In this document: in pieces, positions 11,401 to 21,650 of the stretch | Numbering within the stretch: position 1 is the first letter of the stretch | Layout: every line of letters begins with the position of its first letter | Source: Paecilomyces variotii | Taxonomy: Eukaryota | Strand: one strand, 5' to 3' | Length of the DNA: 21,650 nucleotides | Assembly (NCBI GenBank): GCA_004022145.1 | Contig: RCNU01000043.1 | Program-made: the position numbers and the translations under genes | Notes under the pieces: generated by a model | Seen by the model: only the letters and a program-made list of their open reading frames with translations | What the model was told of the DNA's origin: nothing | Database searches by the model: none

Positions 11401-12449
11401 TATTAGTTATTATAGACTAATTTATAAAGATAAGATATTTTATTCTCTACTAGACTATCTATAATATTAAAAAAGTAGTATAATTATATATTTGCTATAT
11501 ATAGAAGCTTTATAGGCTATTAAAGATTATAATATTTAATTAAGGCCCTTAATTTATTATTATTTTCTAAAAATATTTAACTTAATATTTAAATATTATA
11601 AACTTATTATTTACTGCCTATTATCTTAAGACTAATAATTAGATTAAGAAGATAAATATTATCCTAGAATAATACCTGCGCGCTTATATTAGTTATTTAT
11701 AAGATAATTAGATTAACTAGTTATCTTTAGCTAAGTTTATATTAAACTCTTATTATTTTAAGATTATTAGAATATTACTTTTTTTTACTAATTATAGGTT
11801 TTATCTATATATAAGATTTAAGCCTATTTAGCCTATAAACCAGCCTGCCGCTAAAGATATTAAAGCCTTTATTAAAAAAATATAAGATATTATAAATTAT
11901 ATCTATATCTAAATCTATATTATTTAAGCCTATTATAAAAAGTAGACTAATTATTATTAAACCTTAGCCTATTACTATTATATAAGATAATCTATTTAAT
12001 TAAATACTTAAAATATTTATATTTAGCGCCCCTAGAAGAAACTTAACTAGAAGAATCTTAGCTTATTCTATATTATTAAGATTATTAGTTTATATGCCTA
12101 TTAGCTTAATCTACCTGCCTTAATATATATTTATCTTATATTTAATATTAGCCTACTTTACCTTATTATTAAAGACCTTATGCCTAAATAAAGATAATCT
12201 TTATTATTACTTATTAAAATTAATAGCTTTAAGAAATAAGTTATTAAAGATATTTTAAACTCCTAATAGAAATACTATAAATATAAAGGCCCCTAATTAT
12301 AATATACTATTAAATAATTAGGTTATAATAATTTAACTAAAAAGCCTATATATTATCTATAATATGCTTAAAAAATTATTATAAACTTTTATTGCCGCTA
12401 TTTAAATAAATTAAAGCCTAGAGATAGTCTTAATAAAGCTTAATCTTAA
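8432..12449 (+). pseudogene. pol: pol of copy A: protease, reverse transcriptase, RNase H, integrase, chromodomain
   Basis: De-RIP readings: LLDTGA (8604-8621); [31 protein letters not shown] (from 9360); YLDD (9732-9743); ETDSSD and NYEIYDKELLAI (~10170-10325); HHCC (~11145-11272); SMDFI, SDRGPQF, TAYHPETDGQTE (~11350-11650); VEDILDSR..YTVKW.GY (~12240-12330). Confidence 0.93.
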
Positions 12450-12461
12450 GAAGGGGAATAT
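12448..12461 (+). promoter_or_regulatory. Polypurine tract of copy A
   Basis: aagaaggggaatat immediately upstream of the 3' LTR. Equivalent complements at 12846-12859 (B) and 18495-18508 (C). Confidence 0.85.
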
Positions 12462-12761
12462 TATTATAATGCTAGTATAAGGGATAAGATAACTAATCTA
12501 TTAGCTAATACTTATCTAATTTAAAAGAGTAAGGACTATACTCTTCTAAATTATATAAGGAATTATATAACCTTATAAAAATATCTTTAGCGCACAGCTT
12601 AATCTGAATTTAAGCTCTTAAAACTATATCTTATTTACTAAGCCTACTTATAATAGCTTATTTTAATCTAAATTAGTTAAATAGAGATTCTATAGCTAGT
12701 CCTAGTATTAATTACCTTATTCTATTTATTCTAACCTACTCCCTAAGCCCGTACCTTAATA
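12462..12761 (+). repeat. 3' LTR of copy A
   Basis: tattataatgctagt...gtaccttaata, 300 bp, followed by the ATAAG TSD. Confidence 0.95.
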
Positions 12762-12766
12762 ATAAG

Positions 12767-12845
12767 TATTAGCTAATAAATTTATATAAGAGAGAGTTTT
12801 TATAAAAATAAAATTATATTAACTTCTTAAGCTAGTATTATAATA
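12767..12845 (-). repeat. 3' LTR of copy B, proximal (U3-start) part
   Basis: Resumes with tattagctaata after the TSD, ends ctagtattataata, and abuts the PPT complement. Confidence 0.85.
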
Positions 12846-12857
12846 ATACTTCCTTTC

Positions 12858-15800
12858 TTAAAGTTAAGCTCTATTAAAACTATCTCCTAGTTTAAGCTTA
12901 TTAAAGTAATAATAATAAAAGTTTATAATAATCTCTTAAGTATATTATAGGTATTATATAGGTTCTTTAATTAAGTTATTATAATTAAGCTATTTAATTA
13001 TATAATATAATTAAGAATCTCTATAGCTATAATATTTTTATTAGGAATTTAAAATATCTTTAATAACTTATTCTTTAAGGCTATTAATTTTAATAAGTAA
13101 TAGTTTAAGTTATTTTTATTTAAGTATAAGATTTTTAGCAGTAAGATAAAATAGGCTAATATTAAATATAAGATAAATATATATTAAGGCGGGTAAGTTA
13201 AGCTAATAAGTATATAAGCTAATAATCTTAGTAATATAAAATAGGCTAAGATTCTTTTAGTTAAGCTTCTTTTAAAGATATTAAGTATAAATATTTTAAG
13301 TATTTAATTAGATAAACTATCTTATTTAATAATAGTAAGTTAAGATTTAATAACAGTTAGCTTATTCTTTATAATAGGCTTAAGCTATATAGATTTAGGT
13401 TTAAATATAATTTATAATATCTTATATCTTTTTAGTAAAGGCCTTAATATCTTTAATAGCAGATTAGTTTATAGATTATATAGGCTTAAATTTTATATAT
13501 AAATAGAACCTATAGTTTATAAAAAATAATAATATTCTTATTATTTTAAAATAATAGGAGTTTAATATAAATTTAGCTAGAGATAACTAGTTAACTTAAT
13601 TATCTTACAGATAATTAATATAAGCCTATAGGTATTATTCTAGAATAGTATTTATATATTTAATTTAGCTATTAATCTTAGGGTAATATATAATAAATAA
13701 TAGGTTTATAATATCTAAATATTAAATTAGATATTTTTAGAAAATAGTAATAAATTATAAATTTTAGTTAAAGACTATAGTCTTTAATAATCTATAAAGC
13801 TTCTATATATAGTAGATATATAATTATATTATTCCCTTAATATTATAAATAATATAGTAAAGTATAAAATACCTTATCTTTATAAGTTAATCTATAATAA
13901 CTAGTATAATATTATAGCCTTAGTAAAGTATAAATCTAGTAATAAAGTCTATTAAAATATTCTACTAAGAATATTTAAGAACTAAGAGCTAGTATAAGAC
14001 TTCTTAATAGCCTTTATTTAAAGGTATAACTTAGTAATAAATATAATAGTTTTAAGTCTAGTAGTTAATATATTAATATATATTTAATTAATAATATTCT
14101 TAAGATAATAAGTTATATAGCTTATACTTTCTTAAATATCTAAATATATATTTATTATAATATTCTTATAATAAGCGAGCTCTTAGCTTATTATAATTAA
14201 AGATATATAGGTAATCTTAATAATATAAGTATTTCTCCTTTTATTAGTAATTAGCTAGAATAATTTTAAGGTAATAATTAGTCTTATAATCTAGGGCTTA
14301 TAGAATAAACTATATAAAATTATTAAATAAATAAGCTATCTTTATTAAGTCTTTAATATTAAGTAAAAGTTTTAACTTATTAAGTATAATAGAAGAATTT
14401 AGCTAATCTTACTTAATAAGCGAGGCTATATCTTTAATAAGCAGAATAGTTTTTTTAATAGGCTAGCTTATTCTCTTAATAAGTTAAATAATCTTAATAA
14501 ACTAATTAAGTAATAGGGTAAATTAAGTAAATTCCTTAAGCTAAATAATTTAGCTTCTTAGAGTAAATTAAGTAAATATTCTTATAAGTTTAGTAGAATT
14601 TTTAGTCTTTTAAGCTATTAGATTAATAAAGTAGACGCGCTTTATTACTTAACTTCTAGTAATAATATTTAATTTTAGAAATTTCTAAATTTATAAGTCT
14701 AGGTTTTTCTTTTTTAAGACTATTTAGCTCTAATATTATAGTTATTTATCCCCTTCTTTAAGAAAGTCCTCTAATCTCTTAATTAAGGTATTAAGCTTTA
14801 TTCCTTATTTTTTAAAGCAATATATAATACAGAAATTAAATTAAGATAAGAACTTAAATTAATAAGCTTAATATTAGTTTAATAGCTTAATTAATATAAA
14901 ATACTCTAGATTATAATAGTCTATAATAATCTTAATTAGTAATAATATATTTTTAAGTTTAAAACGCTATTCTTTAAAGCAGTAAATAATTACTAAGAGT
15001 TTCTTATTATAAATCTTATAATTATATTCTATAATAAATAGCTTCTTAGAGAAAAATATAATAAAGTATAAGATTCTTTTATTATTATATTAAGATATAA
15101 CTTTAGTAAATATATAATTAGATAAATTAGTTTTAATAATAACCTCGCAGGTTTAGTTAAATAGCTTTAAGATTAGGGCTTTAATAAATATTATTTTTAA
15201 AGCTTTAAAACTAGATTAATAGGCTAATATCTATTTAAAGAGAACTCTTTTCTAAGTTAAGTTAATAAGTAAAATAATTATTTTAGAGAAGTTATAAATA
15301 AATTAATAATAGAAATTATTAAACTTAATAAAGGCTTATATATTAATTATATAGATTAGGGTCTTCTATTCTATAATTATCTTTATTTTATTTAAGTTTA
15401 TCTTAATATAGTCTTAGCTAATAATAATATTAAAAAACTTAATCTTAAGGATAATAAACTTATACTTCTAAATCTTTATATATAGGCCGGCTTTATATAG
15501 CTTCTGCAGGATAATATAAATATATTAAATATATTTAAATCAGGTTATACTATATATTAAAATATTGTTAAGATATATAATATAGAAGATATTAAAGTAA
15601 TCTTATAGAATATTATTAATAAATTATTAAAATATTACTAAAGCTTCTATAAGACTAAATAGTATTACTAGTAATTTAAATAGATTAAGATATATATAAA
15701 AAGCAGTTAAATATTCTTATTCCTTCTTAATATAAAGGTTATTAAATATAGAGATAATATTAATCTTTATAAAATACTTTATTCTTTTTAGGTTATTTAA

Positions 15801-16927
15801 AGTCTTCTTAGTTAGAGGTAAAGAATAATAGTCCTTAATTATTATTACGTTTAAGGCTTAATAGTCTATATAGATTTATATTCCTCTACTAAGCTTTTTA
15901 ATAAATAGGATTAAGAATATAATAAGTAAAGAACTTAAGTAAATAAATCCTTTTTTTAAATTTTTTTAAATCTATTCCTTTAAGACTTTTAACTTATCTT
16001 AAAATATAGTATATAAAGGCTTAAAGAGAAGTAGCTTTCTTTCTAATAGCTTAATATTATAGTTATAAAAATAATATAATAGTAAGTACTTAGCCTCCTT
16101 AGGAGAAAAGATATTAATATAATTCTTAAACTCCTCAGATAATAAGTTAATAAAGTCTTTTTTTTAAGTATATTTAATCCTTAAAATAGCCTCTAGATTA
16201 TTTAAAGTAATTGTAAATATCTAAGTATTTTATTAAGTATAGGTAGAATAAGTAGTTAAAAAGATAAAGGCTATATTTTTTTTTCTAATTCTTTTAATTA
16301 TAAGGGGAAATATTAAAATAGGGCTTTTAGGGGAATATTATATAGAATAAATATCTTAATTAGCTTTAAGAGTATATTATAATTCTTTTAATAATTATTA
16401 TTATTAAACGCTATATTATAGGCAATAAATTATAAGTATAGGTTATAGCGCTTTAACTAGAAAAGTCTTAAAATAATAAGATAATATACTAGTTAAATAA
16501 TATAAAATTTAGTATTTTATTTAAAATAGTTCTTAATCTTTATATTTAATTAAATATAGTAAATAATCTTCTTATTCTCTAGTTCTCTCCTATTAAATAT
16601 ATATAAGGTTATTAGATTCTTTAGGGGAATAGGCTTTAGCTTTTAATCCTTAGCTTATTCTTAATTAATAAATCTATATCTTTTAGCTCTAGTATTTAAC
16701 AGAGTATATATTAATAAATATATCTTAATTTTATTTTAGTAAAATTCTTTTTTAATTTTATCTTAATAAAATCTTTTTTTCCTTCTTTTTTTTAATATTA
16801 TAAGTAGTATTATTAACTTTAATTATTATAAATATTCTTTAAGGTTAATTCTATAAATAGTAGCGGCGAAGATTTAAATAATATATAAATTCTAAGCTTA
16901 GCTATAATTTAATCTAGGCTTACTCCT
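12858..16927 (-). pseudogene. pol: pol of copy B
   Basis: Reverse-complement homolog of A pol. YLDD relic at 15575-15564; protease LLDTGA near 16700-16685. Confidence 0.92.
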
Positions 16928-18206
16928 TTTACTAAAGATTAATTAAAAAATAAGCTATATAAGTTTAAGAACTAGATTACTTAAGAAGTCTAGGGATAAG
17001 GCTTATATATAGCTATAGTTTATATCTTCTAGCAGTTATTAAGGTATAGGCAGTTTTTAATATAGTATTTTAAAAAATTATAATAGAAGTAAATATTAGT
17101 CTTATAATATAATAGGCTATATTCTCTTCTATTTAAGTATCTAGATATGCTTAAATTTATAGGGTTATATTACTATATTAAGGCTAGCTTATCTTTCTAT
17201 ATTAAGTTTCTCTAAGATTAACTATTAATTCTTATAGTAAGAATAAAGTTTAAAATAAATAAAAGAGATTAAGTATATTAAACAGGTTTTAAAATAGTAA
17301 TATATATTCTTATAATAAGAGGCTAGTTTATAATATACTAATAGCAATAGTTCTTAAGATCTTATAAGAATTTAATAAATTAATAATATTTATAACTTAA
17401 AGGCTAACTATATAATAATATTCCTTAAAGTTTTTAATTAATAGCTTACTTAAGTAAAATAGATAATATTCTTTTAAATATTTCTTCTTCTAGTACTAAA
17501 TACTAAAATTTAATAAAAAAAGTTTTAAACTTCTTATTAATCTAGCGGAGGTTAAATAGTTTACTATATATATTATTTATATAATTAAAATTATTAAATA
17601 TATACTTTAAAAGATCTAGAATCTCTTAATAATTATTAAGAATATAAGTCTTATCTTTAATATAAGGCAATATTTAAATATAGGGCGTATTCTTTAAGTA
17701 ATTAATTATATAAGCTATATAGCTTTAAGAGGTTAAGAATTAGTCTTAATTAATTATTATCTTCCCTTAAATCTAGATTATAAAGCGCTGAAAATCCTTT
17801 TAATTACCTTTAAATTTATCTAAGTTTAAGAGTTACTTTAAAAATTTAAAGATAGAGAAAAATATAATAATAAGTATTTTAGGCGTTTCTATTAAAGTAA
17901 CTATAAATCTCTTAATATTAGGCTTAAATTTAAATATAAATAGAGATATATTTATAGTAGGTATAACTATATAATAGGCTTAATTCTTTTTAAAGATAGC
18001 TAAGATATATTATTATTTCTTTTTTTAAAGCTAAGTCTTTTAATATTATTAAATAACCTTAAGCTTAGTAACTTCTTATTTAAATCTCTATTAAATAATA
18101 ATAAATTCTTATTAAAGCTCTTAGAAGCATATTTTAGCTTAATAATTTACTTTATTTATAGCAGTATTAACTCTATTAATATATTTATATACTAAATAAT
18201 AATATT
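16909..18206 (-). pseudogene. gag: gag of copy B, lacking roughly the first 33 codons
   Basis: Zinc knuckle at 17091-17050, stop at 16911-16909. Homology to A ends at the A-7144 equivalent, at the LTR junction. Confidence 0.85.
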
Positions 18207-18494
18207 TATTAAGGTATAGGCTTAGAAGATAAGCTAAAATAAATAAAATAAGTAGTTAATACTAGGACTAGCTATAGAATCTCTATCTAGCTAATTTAAA
18301 CTAAAATAGGCTATTATAAGTAAGCTTAATAAATAAGATATAGCTTAAAAAGCTTAAATTTAAATTAGGCTATATATTAAAGATATTCTTTATAAGGTTA
18401 TATAATTCTTTATATAATTTAAAAGAGTTAAGTCTTACTCTTTTAACTTATATAAGTATTAGCTAATAGATCTTTTTAGGCTAATATTATAATA
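18207..18494 (-). repeat. 3' LTR of copy C (288 bp)
   Basis: tattaaggtataggc...ctaatattataata; homologous to the LTRs of A and B, with the PPT complement adjacent at 18495. Confidence 0.9.
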
Positions 18495-18506
18495 ATACTT
18501 CTCTTC

Positions 18507-21500
18507 TTAAGGTTAAGCTTTATTAAAACTATCTCTTAGCTTTAACTTATTTAAGTAATAGTAATAAAAGTTAGTAATAATTTCTTAAATATATTATAAA
18601 TAATATATAGGCTCCTTAATTAAATTATTATAACTTAACTACTTAATAATATATTATAATTAAGGGCCTTTATAATTTTAATATTTTTATTAAAAGTTTA
18701 AAATATTTTTAATAACTTATTCTTTAAGATTATTAACTTTAATAAATAATAATAAAGGTTATTTTTATTTAAATATAAAATCTTTAATAATAGAGTAAAG
18801 TAGGCTAATATTAAATATAGAATAAATATATATTAAAATAGGTAAGTTTAGCTAATAAGTATATAAGCTAATAACCTTAATAATATAAAATAAATTAAAA
18901 TTCTTCTAGTTAAATTTCTTCTAGAGGCGCTAAGTATAAATATTTTAAATATTTAATTAAATAAATTATCTTATATAATAATAGTAAGCTAAGGTTTAAT
19001 AATAATTAGTTTACTCTTTATAATAAGCTTAAGTAATATAAATTTAAATATAGATATAATTTATAATATCTTATATTTTTTTAATAAAGGCTTTAGTATC
19101 TCTAATAATAGGCTAGTTTATAAGCTAAATAAGCTTAAATCCTATATATAAATAGAACCTATAATTAATAAAAAAGGGTAATACTTTAATAATTTTAAAA
19201 TAGTAAGAATTTAATATAAATTTAACTAAAAGTAGCTAATTAACCTAATTATCTTATAAATAGCTAATATAAGTATATAAATATTATTCTAGAATAGCAT
19301 TTATTCTCTTAGTCTAACTATTAGTCTTAGAATAATAAGTAATAAATAATAGATTTATAATATCTAAGTATTAAGTTAGATATTTCTAGAAGGTAGTAAT
19401 AAATTAAAGGTTTTAATTAAATATTATAGTCTTTAATAGCCTATAAAGCTTCTATATATAATAAATATATAATTATATTATTTTTTTAATATTATAAATA
19501 GCTTAGTAAAGAATAAAATACTTTATCTTTATAAGTTAGTCTATAGTAACTAGTATAATATTATAATCTTAATAAGATATAAGTCTAATAATAAAATCTA
19601 TTAAAATATCTTATTAAAAGTATTTAAGAATAAAGAATTAATATAAGACTCTTTAATAACTTTTATTTAAAAGTATAATATAATAGTAAATATAGTAATT
19701 CTAGGTTTAATAATTTATATATTAATATATATTTAGCTAATAATACTCTTATAAGATTAGGTTATAAAGCTTATATTTTTTAAAGTATTTAAATATATAT
19801 TTATTATAGTATTCTTATAATAGGTAGGCTCTTAGCTTATTATAATTAAGAATATATAGATAATCTTTATAATATAAATATTTTTTTCTTTATTAATAAT
19901 TAGCTAATATAATCTTAAAATAATAATTAGCTTTATAATCTAAGGCTTATAAAATAGATTATATTAAATTATTAAATAAATAAGCTATATCTAATAAATC
20001 TTTAATACTAGATAAATACTTTAGTTTATTAAGCACAGTAAAGAAACTTAGCTAATCTTACTTAATAAGTAAAGCTATTTCTTTAATAAGCTAAATAGCT
20101 TCTTTAATAAGCTAAATTATCTCTTTAATAAATTAAATAATTTTAATAGACTAATTAGGCAATAAGATAGATTAAATAAGTTCTCTAGATTAAATAATTT
20201 AACTTCTTAAGGTAAATTAAGTAAATATTCCTATAGGTTTAATAAGATTTTTAATTTCTTAAGCTATTAAATTAATAAAATAAATATACTTTATTATTTA
20301 ACTTCTAGTAATAGCTTTTAATTTTAGGAATCTCTAAATTTATAAGTTAAGATTCTCCTTCTTTAAGACTATTTAGCTCTAATACTATAGCTATTTATCT
20401 CTCTTTTTAAGGAGATTTTCTAACCTCTTAATTAAAATATTAAGCTTTATTCTTTACTTTTTAAGATAATATATAATTTAGAAGTTAAACTAAGATAAAA
20501 ACTTAAACTAATAAGCCTATTATTAGTTTAATAGCTTAGTTAATATAAAATATTTTAGATTATAATAGTTTATAATAACTTTAATTAATAATAATATATC
20601 TTTAAGCTTAAAGTATTACTTCTTAAAATAGTAAATAATTACTAATAGTTCTTTATTATAAATCTTATAATTATATTCTATAATAAAAAGCTTTTTTAAG
20701 AAAAATATAATAAGATATAGGATTTCTTTATTATTATATTAAGATATAACTTTAGCTAATATATAATTAGATAAGTTAGTTTTAATTATAACTTTATAAG
20801 TCTAGTTAAATAGCTTTAAGATTAAGGCTTAAATAAATACTTCTTTTAAGGCTTTAAAACTAGACTAATAGATAAATATTTAATTAAAGAGAACTCTCTT
20901 TTAAGTTAAGTTTATAAATAATATAATTATTTTAAAAAAGTTATAAATAAACTAATAATAAAAGTTACTAAACTTAATAGAAACTTATATATTAATTATA
21001 TAGGTTAAGATCTTCTATTTAGCAATTATTTTTACCTTATTTAAATCTATTTTAATATAATTCTAGCTAATAATAATACTTAAAAACTTAATCTTAGAGA
21101 TAATAAACTTATACTTTTAAATCTTTATATATAAGCTTATTTTATATAGCTTCTGCAGAATAATATAAATATATTAAATATATTTAAAATAGGTTATACT
21201 ATATACTAAGATATTATTAAGGTATATAATATAAAAGATATTAAGATAATTTTATAGAGTATTATTAATAAACTATTAAAATATTACTAATATTTCTATT
21301 AAACTAAATAATATTACTAATAATTTAAATAGGCTAAGTTAAGTATAAAAAGCAATTAAATATTCTTATTCTTTCTTAATATAAAGATTATTAAATATAG
21401 AAATAATATTAATCTTTATAAAGTACTTTATTTCTTTTAAATTATTTAGAGTCTCTTTAATTAAGGGTAAAGAATATTAGTCCTTAATAATTATTATATT

Positions 21501-21650
21501 TAGGGCTTAATAATTTATATAGATTTATATTCTTCTATTAAGCTTCTTAATAAATAAAATTAGAGATATAGTAGGTAATAAGCTTAAGTAAATAAATCTC
21601 TTTTTTAAATTTTTTTAATTTATTCTTTAAGACCTTTAATTTATGTTAAG
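18507..21650 (-). pseudogene. pol: pol of copy C (RT to chromodomain, partial)
   Basis: YLDD relic at 21224-21213; colinear with B and A. Confidence 0.92.

Larger units (their letters stand above)
6719..12761 (+). mobile_element. Full-length chromoviral Ty3/Gypsy LTR retrotransposon copy A (6043 bp), RIP-inactivated
   Basis: Two colinear 300-bp LTRs, 5-bp TSD, gag, PR-RT-RNaseH-IN-chromodomain order, and a polypurine tract. Confidence 0.96.
6468..18206 (-). mobile_element. Chromoviral Ty3/Gypsy copy B (family 1); 3' LTR interrupted by copy A, gag 5' end truncated at copy C
   Basis: 12846-18206 is the reverse complement homolog of copy A 7144-12461. The 3' LTR is split into 6468-6718 and 12767-12845. 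Confidence 0.88.
1..21650. other. RIP-degenerated AT-rich repeat block (probable heterochromatin)
   Basis: CA/TG and CG dinucleotides are very rare and TA is pervasive. Conserved motifs are altered only by C>T/G>A: RT YLDD reads tac ctt aat aat, and Trp/Gln/Arg codons become TAA/TAG. Confidence 0.95.
18207..21650 (-). mobile_element. Chromoviral Ty3/Gypsy copy C (family 1), 3' portion; continues beyond the right edge
   Basis: LTR 18207-18494, then PPT complement, chromodomain, integrase, RNase H and RT, directly repeating 12846-~15995. Confidence 0.92.

Noticed and set aside
12846..18494. Copy B as a complete element using 18207-18494 as its 5' LTR
   Set aside because: No matching TSD (ctatt vs atact), missing PBS and gag start, and the LTR variants differ.
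1..21650. AT-rich organellar or endosymbiont DNA, or an alternative genetic code with TAA/TAG reassigned
   Set aside because: Stops coincide with a general loss of CA/TG/CG, catalytic Asp codons are also mutated, and the changes differ between copies. This is RIP, not recoding.
21644..21650. tgttaag at the window end as the start of another LTR
   Set aside because: Only 7 bases and nearly alignable to the pol sequence of B; cannot be supported without flanking sequence.

Overview
Extremely AT-rich fungal (filamentous ascomycete-type) transposon graveyard rewritten by repeat-induced point mutation (RIP): CpA/TpG and CpG are almost absent, TpA is saturating, and no reading frame is intact. Reading C/T and G/A as ambiguous recovers a nested structure. 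(1) 1-2284, minus strand: 5' part of a Ty3/Gypsy element (copy D, family 2; LTR, gag, protease, start of RT) inserted into (2) an intron-containing Mutator/MULE-like DDE transposase relic (2285-~3870, plus). That relic carries a probable solo LTR (3590-3822) and is followed by a 147-bp x ~4.5 tandem repeat (4087-4752). (3) An unassigned, GC-richer island at ~5850-6467. (4) Three copies of one chromodomain-bearing Gypsy family (family 1). Full-length copy A (+, 6719-12761, 300-bp LTRs, ATAAG target-site duplication) sits in opposite orientation inside the 3' LTR of copy B (-, 6468-18206). The gag of B is cut by copy C (-, 18207 to window end). No intact host gene, RNA gene or CRISPR array was found, and I cannot support a claim of a wholly new biological system. 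The least familiar part is the MULE-like relic with its coding-length repeat. All protein motifs quoted are manual de-RIP reconstructions, not database results.
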